Origin: Paraspadella gotoi
Taxonomy: Eukaryota > Animalia > Chaetognatha
Length of the DNA: 64,000 nucleotides
Assembly: GCA_051294375.1 (NCBI GenBank)
Contig: CM119270.1
Coordinates: 18,201,710 to 18,265,709, forward strand
Reading direction: 5' to 3'
Shown: one piece after another, positions 51,171 through 64,000 of the stretch
Layout of the letters: each line of letters opens with the position of its first letter
How positions within the stretch are numbered: the stretch's first letter is position 1
Translations under genes and position numbers: made by a program
The notes under the pieces: generated by a model
The model's database searches: none
What the model saw: only the letters and a program-made list of their open reading frames with translations
What the model was told of the DNA's origin: nothing

Positions 51171-51679
51171 GTTTGCACAGGCGCAATTATTTAAAATAAA
51201 TTAAAGGCAACATAAACAGCTACGTATAAAAAATATCATGACACAGTGACTCTAACATGTGATGGGTGGTTTTATGGGGTCGAGCGAACTGACTTCGTGG
51301 TCCAAAGGGTAAATATGACAGGGGCGAATGACCGCCTGTTGACGACCTAAGCCATAAGGACAAACAAAGGTCCCCAGGGGAGCGCTTAAAGGCTCACATG
51401 GGCGCTCAGTGAGCTCCCCCGATCTCGTAAGGACAAGAAAGCGTCAACGAACGAACGAAGATTCTCGTCAAAAAAGATGACGCGTGGCGTAAATTAAGAC
51501 GGATTAAACGCTTTGTGGCGCGCGATGACGCCAATGAAGATAAATTGAGAGANNNNNNNNNNNNNNNNNNNNNNNNNNNNNNNNNNNNNNNNNNNNNNNN
51601 NNNNNNNNNNNNNNNNNNNNNNNNNNNNNNNNNNNNNNNNNNNNNNNNNNNNNNNNNNNNNNNNNNNNNNNNNNNNNNN

Positions 51680-51713
<34 letters not shown>

Positions 51714-52165
51714 CAATAAAAGCGGAAAGACCGCTGGCGGCGGAGGAGGCGGTGATATCGCCAAGATTGAATGCGTTCAATCTTGAGAGANNNNNNNNNN
51801 ACTCATGGCCCCTTTCCACCGCCCTTCCCTTACTCTTTTCTCTCGTCTTATTGACATGACCGGCTCTGTCTTGCCTTGCCTTGCCTTTCTTGCCTTGCTT
51901 TGCCCTGCCGACCCAGGACCTCCCCCCCTTTTGTAGTTATCGAATACTTTTAAATTAAAAGTACAAAAATATTTTAAAATTATTTTCCAAGCTTAAAATT
52001 TACGGCGTTTGTTTGTTTAGTATTAATTTCATTATTAAATACATTTTATAGCTTCTCATTAATTTCCGTTTCCAACTTTTCTGTCATCCCACTTATGTAT
52101 TTTCTTTTTCTTCTCTGTCAAAATATTCCACCTTTTCTATTCTTTCCTTCAAAATGGAGGTTGCC

Positions 52166-52200
<35 letters not shown>

Positions 52201-53311
52201 NNNNNNNNNNNNNNNNNNNNNNNNNNNTTCTTCTCTTATCCTCTCTCTCTCTCTCTTCTCTCTCGATTCCTTATATTCTCTCTCATCTTCTCTTTTCTTC
52301 TTCTTTTTGTCTTTCATCTTCTCTCTTCCTCTCTCTCTTCTCTCTCTCTCTCTCTTTATCTCTTCCATATTCTCGCGGAAATTTCCGAGAGTATCTGTTC
52401 TCGAGAATTAATAGAAAAACCAACAAAAACAAAACAAAAATTTTAAAACAAACTAAAAAAACGAAAACAAAAATTTAAGAACAATATTAGAACGAAAGAA
52501 TTGTTGAATGTTTAAAAACAACCATTTTTATTTTTAAATCTCTGTTTGTGAAAAGTTAAAAAATATTTTCGTTTCAATCTCAAACGCAAAGAAGTGAGAA
52601 AACACAATATCTAACAACAAAATTGCAGAAAAAGATTAAAGAAAAACATTTTGTTAAAAAAAAAAAAAAAAAAACTAATATCAAAAGAGAAAGAAAAAAT
52701 CCCATTATCGAAATTCCAGTTTTGAGTCTCGCTTTTCTTTCATGTTTTCCTTTCCTTTCTTTTTCGAGGAGTTTGAACCGCATTTCTAAGAAATGGGTCG
52801 GCGGTGAGGAGAGCGCACTCTTTTAGCTCCCATTCTTTTCTCTCTCACGTTGGAAAGGTTGACCGCGAGTTTCACACCTCCTCTTTTACAACACTCCAAA
52901 GCAGCACATGAGACAGTGTCAACAGTTGTGTCCTTCTTTACTTTTCTTTACTTCTCTACATCAGAGAGTTTCAACATTATGGAGTCTTACAGTTGAGTCC
53001 TTCTTCTTTACTTTTCTTTACTTCTCTATCTTTTTCTGTTACGAATTTCCGGTCAATCCCTTCGTCCGTCTATCGTTTGGTCAGTCCCTTGATCCGTCTC
53101 TCGGTCTGTCGGTCAACACCACTCAGAACACCGGTATCGGTCGAGTCAGGAAAATTTGTGAAAGAGGTCGTGAGCGCCTCGGTCACCGGTTCAACAAAAC
53201 AACGGGGAAACGATAAAAGAAAAAGCCTAACATAAGACTTTAAAATTTGAAACGACTCAATAATTAAAATGTCTGAAACAAAAACANNNNNNNNNNNNNN
53301 NNNNNNNNNNN

Positions 53312-54399
53312 GTAGAAGTTATTCCAGTTCCCTGTATACGCAAATAATTTACATAAATTCCCCTTAAAGTATTAAATCCGATTCTCTCAAAAAGCTAAAT
53401 CTAAATCTTTCCTAAAAATCTCTCCTCTTTCAATTCGCATGAAGTATACAACGAGATTTTGGAAGAAGAATGATGAATCAGCGTACCAAAATTACACGCG
53501 AGAAGGAGAGTAAAGAGAGAGATGAGAGAGAGAGAGAAGAGAGATAGAGAGAGCAGATAGAACGAGTCGCACGACGCGACGGTAGTACTTCGACATCCAT
53601 CAATTTGCTAAGTCCCGAGTAGGCTGCAGTCTTATCGTAATTGTCGGGTCATTTCAATTGAAGCTTTGTATCTCGAAGCCCGTTCTGCTGATTGTTTGCA
53701 TCATTTGTGTCTTAATTGGGTTTCCCGTTCACCGTCTTATAACAATGACATCAATTTATTGAATTGTTGTATCATTCGCTGCAGGTTGCCATTCTGGAAG
53801 GGATTTTCGTCGTTCAAGTCATTTTCTGGACTGATGCATCATTATTGTCTAATTCTTCAGTATGATTAAAATAACTCAATCTTATTTTAGCATTCATTTA
53901 CGACCTTCATTTACAGGGAATGAAATTTCATGACCTAGAGAATTGCCGAACTGAAAGTATGAAATTACTCTTCATTACGAAAAGAAGATTAATTAAATAT
54001 TTACTAAATCAAAAATTTTTTTCATATGCGTAATGTATGAATACGATCATGATACAATCAATTTAACAAAATAAATTCATTCAATAAATTCGTCAAGTCG
54101 TCGCATAAATTTCCTCTCCTCATATCTTCCGTATATTCGATTGCTTGGTTTCGCCCGCTGCTTGATATATGATTTGCTTTGCTCAATTCGAAATTGCTTG
54201 GCTGCGAATAAACCATCTGTTTCTGGTTTTCCGAAAGCAAAACAGTGGAAAAACGATTTTCCTTTTTGAAACGGAACGATCAGGACCGCTGAGGGACCGC
54301 AAAAAAGAAAAAAACTATTCATCAAAAATTGCGCGATCGGGTTGAGTTATAATCTCCTCAGGCCTGTCTCTCTCTCTCTCCTCATCTCTTCTCTCTCTC

Positions 54400-54430
<31 letters not shown>

Positions 54431-56780
54431 ACTCTCTTTCTCCTCTCACACAAAATAATATGGCCGGAAAAAGTTGAAGTGCAGATTCTCACAGTTTGAG
54501 TGCGGAGGGGTTGAGGCGCTGTTAGGGAGAGGGACTAATTCGTTTCTTTCGCCAAAAATGAAAACAAAGTTGTTGTTTGTTTCAGACATTTAATTATAAA
54601 GATGGGAAAGCAGTCGTTATTCAAATTCCTTAAAATGCTTCAGTACTGTAATCATGATGATTTGGTTTACGAAGAGTGTCCACTATTTTTTCTGATTCTA
54701 AATACTTGAATCTCGGTGTCCCGTTTGCCTTATTTATCTCGGCTACTCTACTGTTTTATGTTGATTACCGTACGTGAGAACCAGAGGCGCACTCCACCGA
54801 CCCTCTTTCCATACAAAAACTTTCTCTTCAACTTGACATCGAACCCCAATGCATTAAAGCTGGAGTCTGTGTCTGAGCTGTGACCCGACAACCGACAGAG
54901 GGACGAGATTCAAGACAGAGAGACAGAATAGTGAGGGACAGTAGACCAAGAATTTTCGAAGAGGAGCAGGATGGTTCGAAGGATACCCGGATAATTCCAG
55001 AAGTCACTCGGCAGATACGTTAAATATTTCGATAACATTCGGATTCCTTTCTTACGTGACGGCCCTCGATCCAGACGTCACGGAGCGGTGAAAACTATAT
55101 TATATACTGATCAATACTACAATCCAACATGTGAACCGGCTGGCCGGACCGGAGATAAACACCGAATCATCGCGGGGTGTTCTTGATGTGCATAAGTCCC
55201 TCGGGTGTTGATGGAAGATAAATGAGCACGCGCACGAGCCACATAGACCATTACTCTATAGAGACGTGCATATGTGAGGTCATTTCCCTACTCATCAGTG
55301 TCCATAGACTTTTCATGTATAGGTTATATCTACTATGCCATCGAGTAGAGTCCAGAGGTCACGTGCTAATCGTAGGAGCGCCTCTGTCGATCTAGTCTCT
55401 ACTTCGGTCTTGTTAATCTTTCAACAAAACAACGTGACGTGTGGTGGGTGTGAGTGCGCTGGAGCATAGGATGTCCGGAAGGAATGGGGGCGGTGCCGGT
55501 CGGGGGATGGCTGGCGTGGAGGTATGGATGCGGAGGGAGGAGTGTGCGTTCGGGAGAGTGGTGGGGGGGAGGGCATTGGGTGATGAGAGCCTCGGACGGA
55601 GCGCAGTAGCGGTGTGGAGTGGGATGGGAGTGTGCGACCAGACGATGGGGGTGGGAGCGGGGTCTCAGTGACCGAACACATTAAAAATAAATAAGTTATC
55701 CCTACCACTAACATAAAGACATCTTTCTTTTATAAAACTATTGAAGTGAAAAACGACTCTAATATAATATATAAGAAAGTCTGGAACTACAAAACCAAAC
55801 TTGTTTCATTGAGGCCTCGAAGAAAGGTGAGGGGCCGGGGCGGGCGAGCGGGGGGAATAACGATCAAGGTCCCTCTCCCTAACAGCCGCCCCCACCCCCA
55901 CTCCCCGCAACTCAAAACTGTCGGCTCAGAGACTGTGTTGACGAATCTTGCAATCAATTTTTCCGCCATATTATTTTTGTGACCATACGGCTTTCAGTGA
56001 AGACGAGAGAAGAGAGAGAGAGAGAGGAGAGAGAGGACGACCGAGAGACGAGAGAGAGAGAGAAGAGGAGAGAGAGAGATGAGAGAGAGACACAGGCCAC
56101 TGGAGAATTATAACTCAAACCCGGACGCAAAATATTTTGATGGGAATAGTTTTTCTTTTTTCCGCTCAGCGTCCGATCGTTCGTTCAAAAAGCAAAATCC
56201 TTTCTTCAACTGTTTTCTCTTCGAAAACCAGAAACAGATGGATTATTTCGCGCCAAGCATTTCGAATTCGAGCCAAGCAAATCATTAATCAAGCAGCGAA
56301 ACCAAGCAATCGATAAACTGAGGAAGAAGAGGAGAGGAAATTATCGACGATTGAACGAATTATTGAATGAATTTAATTTTGTTAAATTATTGTATCTATA
56401 TAGTATACATTACGCATATGAAAAAAATTTTTGAATTTAGTAAAATATTTCAATTAATCTGTTCATGCTAAAATTCTCTAGTTCATGAATTCATTCTGTA
56501 AATGAGGTCGTAAATGATGCAAAAGCAATTGAGTATTTTAATCATACTGAAGAAATTAGACAATAAATGATGCATTCAGCCAGAAAATGATTGAACGACG
56601 AAATCCCAATTCCAGATGCAACCTGGCAGCGAATGATACAACAAATCAATAAATGATGCAACCAGACAGCAAATGATGCAACAAATCAGGAACGGCTTCG
56701 AGTCAAAGCTTCAATTATGACTCCACATTACGAAATCAGCTCGACTTGCAAATTTGGGATGCGAAGACACGTCGCTCGCT

Positions 56781-56847
<67 letters not shown>

Positions 56848-57011
56848 CGCTGTACTTTTTGTACGCTCGGTCATCAGTCTTCTTCCAAATCTGTTTATAT
56901 CACGAATTGAAGAGGAGAGATTTGGAAAGATTTAGATTTATTTTGAGAGAATCGGATTTAAATTTAGGGAAATTTATGTAATTATCGTATACGGGAACTG
57001 AAATAACTTCT
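53312..57011. repeat. ~3.7 kb imperfect inverted repeat (fold-back), probable long-read artefact
   Basis: 53312-54600 is the noisy reverse complement of ~55770-57011. 54570-55000 is the reverse complement of 53040-53285. It starts right after a 25-N gap. Confidence 0.8.
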
Positions 57012-57019
57012 GCCCTCCT

Positions 57020-57200
57020 ATTAGCGGTGACCCTGTGGCTCATTGATCATCGGGTACCGGGATCGATCCCCGCAGTCACTTACCCTGTGGGAAGCGTGAG
57101 GACTGCCGTATATCGCCTTGGTGGAAAACCCCCCAAGCCTGGTTCCAACCCAGAACCCGTTCCATGGCTTATCGCAGTTAATGTATCATTAGAACAAGTT
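57020..57200 (+). mobile_element. Candidate tRNA-derived SINE
   Basis: A-box-like TGGCTCATTG (57036-57045) and B-box/T-arm-like CGGG-ATCGATC-CCCG (57058-57072), followed by unique GC-richer body and an AT-rich tail. A-B spacing is too short for an intact tRNA. Confidence 0.35.
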
Positions 57201-57339
57201 TTTATTTTTGTTATAGTTTTTACAATGTTACTTATCGTAATATAAAAGTCTCATTTTCACACCCTTGTTCCCCCGCGTACCTTCGACTTCACCTAGTCTC
57301 CACCCCCCCGGACCACCCCCTTACCCCCTTTTCTCACAG

Positions 57340-57558
57340 TGCCTTACACCCACTTATTTCACGGGCGCTCAAGCCGATTACGTGAACAACTACTGTTGGA
57401 CAGCTTCGACGTATTACATGGTGGACATGGAGGGCGCTTCGTCCAATCAGAACCGGCAGAGCGGAAACCTGATGACGCAACAAGCCAGTCAGGGGCTCGA
57501 ACCCGAATACGTCGGGCCCAACACCAAGGGCAAGAAAGAAAGAGTGTCTTACTATCAA
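57340..57558 (+). CDS. Innexin, second coding exon (extracellular loop 1 with two conserved Cys, up to YYQ of the YYQW motif)
   Basis: Pyrimidine tract and acceptor ttttctcacag|TGC; reads CLTPTYFTGAQADYVNNYCWTASTYYM...KKERVSYYQ (73 codons); donor CAA|GTGAGT. Joins exon 1 in phase 0 to give PIE-C-x-x-P...YxNxYCW...YYQ. Confidence 0.93.
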
Positions 57559-58354
57559 GTGAGTACGTTTAAAAAAAACGGGAGAGTCCAACTCGGGAGT
57601 CTTCCTGATTTTGTCTTGTTTTGTTTTGGGGGTTTTTTTTTTTTCGTTTTGTTTGGGGAGTTTTTCGTGTCTGTGGGGTTTCGGGAGTTGCGGTTTTGGG
57701 TAAAGCGTTGTATTCTAAATTGAACTTTTTATTATAATTCTAAAAGTGAGAAATGAACAACATTGTACTAATGAACATTAATATATAAAAAATATATATT
57801 TAAGGAAAAACAGTTTTTATTGGTGATTAATAAAATGCCTAAAATATATTATAAATTTTTAAATTGACGCAGTAGGCTATATTTATACTAGTATTAACCA
57901 TAGGGGTTTTTTGCATTTGCGAGGTTTCGGGAGTTTTAAAGGTTCTAGGGTTTTCAGGGTTTGAGGAGTTTTTATAGTTTTGGATTTTGGGTTTTTGGAT
58001 GTTTTAATTTACGTGATTTATCTTGTGTGCACGTGATTGAGCTCGTGAGCAAGTGATTGAGCTTCTGTGCACGTGATTGAGCTTGTGTGAGTTAGTATGG
58101 GTGAGAGTCCGTGCGTGAGTTTGATTAAACATCAATCGTGATTCTTCAAATTCGCTTTTGTCCTCAGACGTCTATTCTTCTTCTCTTTTACTTTAAATCT
58201 AATTTATAGCCCGAGACTTTTTTTTCTTTTTTCTTCCTCTTTCATCCTTCTGTCTTGTATTCTTCTTCTTCCGTCTTTAATTCTCTTCCTCTCCTTCTTT
58301 TCTTCTTCCTACTTCTCTTTAATTTTCTTTGTATCCTTTCCTCTTTCCTCTTTG

Positions 58355-58640
58355 TAAACGTCCTTCACTTTCATTGTCTCCTTCTCTCATTCTCTTTTAC
58401 TTATTACGTCCTTCACTTTCTTTGTCTCCTTCTCTCCTTCTCTTTTACTGCTTAGTGCTTACATCCTTTATTTTCTTTCTATCCTTCTCTTCTCATTCCT
58501 CCTTTTTTCTTTCCGTCCTTTCTTTTCTTTGTCTCCTTCTCTCCTTCTATTTTACTTATTATGTCCCTTATTTTCTTTGTCTCCTTCTCTTCTCCTTCCT
58601 CCCTTTTTTCTTTCCCTTCTTTATTTTCTTTGTCTCCTTC
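58355..58640. repeat. Pyrimidine-rich ~48 bp degenerate tandem repeat
   Basis: CGTCCTTCACTTTC(A/T)TTGTCTCCTTCTCTC(A/C)TTCTCTTTTACT recurs about 5 times. Confidence 0.7.
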
Positions 58641-58748
58641 TCTTTTTCTTATTCACTCTGTCCCTCATTCTTTGATGATGCGTGACCAGAAACGCGGAAT
58701 CGAAGACACAACGCGTCCGCGACCTTTGACCCGAAGCCCCTTGAGAAG

Positions 58749-58831
<83 letters not shown>

Positions 58832-59123
58832 ATTGTCTCTCTTTCTCTCTCTCTCTCTCTCTCGGACGATGAAAAAGACATGATCTCCGACATGATATTA
58901 GCTTATTAATTTCTAGGCGACGAAATATATATATATATATATAAATATAATAAGAAACGCGAGTCTGACAGAGAATCAATAACAGAAGGAGGAAAAAAAA
59001 AGAGGAGAAAGAGGAAATATAAATTAAGCGTTGAATCAATTGGAAACTTNNNNNNNNNNNNNNNNNNNNNNNNNACTTCTTCTCTTTTCTTCCTCAATAT
59101 TTCCTCCTTAATTGGCACGAAGA

Positions 59124-59250
<127 letters not shown>

Positions 59251-62200
59251 GAGAGAGATTGGAAAATAGGGGAGGAGAAGAGGATGAAAGGAAAAAGGAA
59301 AGAAGAAGGGGATAGGTAGAAAAGGAAGGAAGGATTACGCTCTGCTCAGTCAAATCGAAACTAGAAATAAGAAACCGCGCGAAGAACCATGGAATTCTAA
59401 ACGACGAGACAAAGACGACAGACAAGACATCTGAGCAAAAACACACAATTGTTCGAAACAATAGACGATGAACATCCGAGAAAAAAAAAGTTAAACTGAA
59501 AAACCCGGAAAAAGTCGTGCGGAAAAGACGACGGGATATACAACGACAACGACGAAACGACAACAATCAACGCGGAGAGAGAAGACAGGAGACATCTCCG
59601 CAATCCGATATCCGTGAACTAAATGATTTCCCGCGAGGCGAAACTCAATGAATGGCGCGCGAGGCCTCCAAATTTCTATCCCTTCTATTTTTATTTCTGC
59701 CTCTTAAAAAAATCTCTCGGGCTATTTCAAACCCCCTAATTTTTCTGGCAACTGTTTTAAAACTCAAACTGAAAAATTTAATTTCTAAATTCCTAAAACA
59801 AAATTAAAACAACGTGGGGTAAAAGTTTTTTTTAAACAACCGAACTAAAAACGATCTTAAATAGAAAAAAAATGATCATAGGTTAATTTTAAACGAACCG
59901 AAATGAATGCCGGCTTATGGGAAATGTGGCCTTTTTCCATTCGTTTCGCTCCAACTATTCTTATTCGTTTAACTGAGTTATTCAATTGGCTCTTTGAAGT
60001 GGAAGAATAGATTTTCGCCCAGGTCTGCCACAAAAATAGTTTTTAAAAATTATTTCTTTATTTAATTCAGTTAACTCCGATTCTTTAATATATTTTTTCT
60101 TTTTCAAAAAAATAATTGGAGGAAACACTGCAAGAATCCAAAATGACACATGAAATATGACGTATATGACGTAAAAGACAATGACGTTGGTTGACTAAAA
60201 TTAGGGATCAACGTCCAGAGATAATATAGGATTTCGAACTATTAGCAAAAGTAACTTTCAGGTTGGTCTTGACTAAATATTTAAACATCATTTTCAAAAA
60301 AAATTTATATTATACGTCTTGATTTAATACATTAAATATTACTTGTCCTTTTTTAATATTAATAGAAATTTTTTTTTTAGAAAATCTTAAAAGATGTTAT
60401 TTTGATTGGATCGATCTGGTTATGAAGGCCGGATGTAAAAGGTGATAAGATAGGAAATATATTCGGCTGGTGTGTTACAAAAATTGTTCTAGCGTTTGCT
60501 TGTGAAAAAATAAAAAACTGATAAAATCATCGAAAAGATGATGATGATGATGATTTTTAACGGTTTTTGCTTATTTTTGACTCACTTAATCATGAAAATA
60601 TTTAAAAAAAGAATTATACTTTGGGTAGACAACTTTTTATGAGCTATCTGAATCTGTCTTAAAATTTAAAAATTATCAAAACAACAATTTGGCCTTTTCC
60701 TATTTATAAATAATATTAAATTAATTATTTGGGTATAGAGCCAACATAAGAAAATGTTTTGTTCATTGAAAGTATACTTAACAATGTACTGGAGTGTTTC
60801 GCTTTGGTGAGCTTAAATCCATTCTAGAGTTTTTGATTCAACTCCATTGAGTGGGTTACACCTACTAAAATACGTTGTTCGCCTAAACTTATCAGCGGAG
60901 CACCGTGATGGTCGTACCATGATCTTTTTCGTAAATAGTTATCAAAGCATTGAAAACGTGCGCCGAAACTGGCGACTGAGACGCCGGAGAGACCGCGCAT
61001 TGTCCCACGCCGAGAGGGAATCGTTCTATTGTTGTGTCGAACTTATGACTCAAAAGCAGAAGCGAATTTTAAACTGAAAAAATATTTTTATCAAGTCTGA
61101 ATGCAAAAGATTCATTTTTAATCGAAGTTAAAAAAAATGTTTCAACAGAATATGTAAATTGAGATTAAAAGACGTTGTTTATTTTTAGACTGACTTCTTA
61201 TTTTTGTTTCATCTCCCAGTGTCATTAAGTGAAGGTGGTCGAGATAAACTTGCGAACAATTAATGAGAATGAATCGACTTTTAATGAATGAAAAAAAAGC
61301 CGAAATGGAATCGAGACAATGTGCTATTGCTTTTCATGGAGAGGACAGAGAAAGAAAGAAAGAGAAAACTTTGCTTTAAATTTGATAAACAAATCTCAAC
61401 ATTAAAAAATGATTATAAATTATTGTAAAGTTTTCCGAATAAGCGTTTGAACAATTATTTGTAGTAATGAACATTTCACATAAAATTGCGGTGGTGACTT
61501 TAATTTCTCTTCTGTAGAAAAATATCACTCAGGGTCTCCCAATTGATCACTCTTGGCAACCGATAACCGTTTACCATTTGTGCCACTTATTTGCCCTTAT
61601 TCCATTTCTATCACTCCGCACTCCTCCCTATCATTTTGCCACTCTTGCGTCACCTCCCCATAATTTTGCCACTCCCGTCACCCTCTCGTCATGTGCACTC
61701 TGTCCTCGTTCCTTTCGGTGGAGCCTCTTTTCACCTGAGTCACTTCCACGTCCAGGCGTTCAAAGCGCGAAGAGAAAAAGTGTTCCGGCCGTGCCAGCGT
61801 CCATCTCTTGTCTCTTCATCTCTCTCGACTCCGATCGTCTCTCTCTCCTCCAGTCTCTTGCTTCCTCCCCTTCTCTCTCTCTCATATCTCTCTTCTCTAT
61901 CTCTCTCTCTCTCTCTCTCTTCCTCTCTCTCTCTCTTCTCCTCTCTGCTCCCTCTCTCCTATCCTGCTCTCTCTCCTCATCTCTCATCCATCTTCCCTCT
62001 CCTTCCTCCACCTATAGAATCCTTTAATTTATTTTTTTTTATTTTTAAAAAAAAGTTTTTTAATTCCTCAAACTCGGCGCCACAACCCGACTGGGACGGG
62101 CGACTCCATCTCACGTCCCATGTTGGCGTCGGATCGAGAAAGAGAAATTTCTCTTTTCTTATTCTTCTTTTTTTACGTCATTTTTAAAATCCTTTACCTC

Positions 62201-62751
62201 ATCTTCCCTCATTATTGTCATTGACGATTTACTAAAAAAAAAAACTTTTCATCTATCTTAATTTAAATGTAGGTAAAAGGTTAAAAAAATGAATTTTATT
62301 TTATTATTTTATGCTACTTTTATTTCATTGTAGAGTGTGGGACCTTGTTCGACTGAACCAATTATTGAATGGAGTTTCTTTCCCATTCAATTATCTCATG
62401 TAATTTCTAATACTTGTCTTTTCATACATTCTTTATATTTGTTCCTGCTCTGTGTCCTGATCCTGTCTGTCTCTCCGTACCTCATCTCTCTCTCTCTCTT
62501 CTCCTCCTTTCTTCTCTCACTCCTTCTCTCCTCTCTCTCTACTCTTCTTCTCGTCTCTCTCTCTCTCCTCTTCTCTCTCTCTCTCTCTTCTCTCTCACGT
62601 TGTCCACTTTCCAGGTCTTTTTTATTCTCCTGCATCTAACACGGAAACCAAAGGCGGCCAAAAGCCGGCGCGGAAAATGTGCTACGAATTCCGATTTGAT
62701 AGAGAGAGAGAGAGCGAGAGGAGAGAAAGAGAGAGAGAAGAGAGAAGAGAG

Positions 62752-62805
<54 letters not shown>

Positions 62806-63636
62806 GAAAATAAATTCGAATCGATTTTCGTCGTTTTAACGCCAAATTGCTTTTGCCATTACCGATGACGATGACGACGGACGACGACCGACAATGGACG
62901 AGACGAAGATGAAAGACGGTGACGACGTACGACGATGGACGTCGTCGACGACGACTGACTGACGACAACGTCGACGACGTTGCCTATGACGGAACGACCC
63001 AAAAAAATGATGAAAACGACGATGACGAAAAGAGATTTCCGTTTCCACGGAAACGGAGGACTTCTAAAGATGCGAGTCGAACAGTTAGATTTTTCCAAAG
63101 CGCAATTAATTATATATGGCTATCGCTTTCGCCATTTAACAGATTTTTATTTCCGCATGATCACATCCTTCTCGCCCTCGTTACGCATGTCCACCGCATG
63201 GCACGGAATCCTGTGAACTTAATGAAAATACGCAAATGTGAAGGATACACAAAAAAAAGAAAAAAACGAAAAATCTTTGAATCTCTCACTTTCTTCTTGT
63301 TCGCTACTCAATCACGCAGGAACTACACTTACCTACTTTTAAGCGCTATCCTTTCATACCTCTCTCGTCGTCTCTCTCTTCTCTCCTCTCTCTCTCTCTC
63401 CCTCTTCTCTCTCTCTCTCTCTCTCTCGTCTCTCCCTCGTCTCTCGTCTCTCTCTCTCTCTCTCTCATCTCTCTCTTTCTCTTTTTCCTCAGTCATCATC
63501 AATTTATTCGACGAGTTCCAACTTTTCTCCATTATTTTTTTATCCATCTTTTTCGGCTTCCACTTCTTTTTTAGGTTGGACCTCTTCTTGTTCTTTTAAT
63601 CCCTCTCTCTCTTCTCTTCTCTCTCTCTCTCTACTC

Positions 63637-63678
<42 letters not shown>

Positions 63679-64000
63679 TCGTCTTCCTCTCACAATTGCT
63701 AAAAGATAAAAAAGGAAAAAAGGCCGTGGCAGTTTCAAGCCGAGATTTCCTCGTTTTCTATTTCTCGTTTCTCCCGATGTTGAATATTAGCAGACAGTCG
63801 GTGGCGACAGAAGGAGACTTCTTTAATTCCAGTCAAATCTCGTGAAAAACTAGTTAGTCCCAAGAACGTGGCAACAATTCACACGTCGAAAACTGTGTCA
63901 AATACACCGAGATTTTCATAAAATTTGTATATGAGTCAGTCGCTTAAATATTTCTTTTGACATTGTCAAGTAATTAAGAATACAGCAAACAAAGAAAACA

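Larger units (their letters stand above)
47168..57339 (+). other. Innexin intron between the two coding exons (GT-AG, phase 0, 10,172 bp as assembled)
   Basis: Canonical splice sites at both ends and in-frame joining of two innexin motif blocks. The length includes N-gaps and a probable fold-back artefact. Confidence 0.85.

Noticed and set aside
51277-51335. HDV-like ribozyme suggested by GGCGAATGACC
   Set aside because: I could not build the nested P1/P2/P3 double pseudoknot in the required order.
55255-55310. Minus-strand CTGATGAG...GAAA hammerhead-like core
   Set aside because: Stems I and II do not pair properly, and the site lies in the low-quality centre of the fold-back artefact.
60848-60900. 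AG|TGG GTT as the third innexin exon (W-V)
   Set aside because: GAG acceptor without a good pyrimidine tract, and the translation WVTPTKIRCSPK is not a hydrophobic TM2.

Overview
Eukaryotic (invertebrate-type) draft-assembly DNA. It is mostly non-coding and dominated by (CT/GA)n, (GAC)n and (GAAA)n microsatellites, minisatellites and N-gaps. The only gene I can support is a + strand innexin (gap-junction/hemichannel protein). Its first coding exon is 47015-47167 and its second is 57340-57558, joined in phase 0 across a ~10.2 kb GT-AG intron; the remaining exons are not visible in the window. Almost all ORFs in the supplied track are low-complexity or N-run artefacts. Three large apparent duplications (10.8-20.9 kb, 23.1-28.6 kb, and an inverted fold-back at 53.3-57.0 kb) look like long-read gap-filling artefacts rather than biology. 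Candidate signals worth checking: a divergent innexin with a long first extracellular loop, a CTCF-like site and a CRE/YY1-containing GC-rich patch upstream, an E-box (TCACGTGA) tandem array, several 10-11 bp-periodic TGCCA arrays, a dispersed ~315 bp repeat next to different satellites, and a possible tRNA-derived SINE. I found no convincing undescribed biological system.
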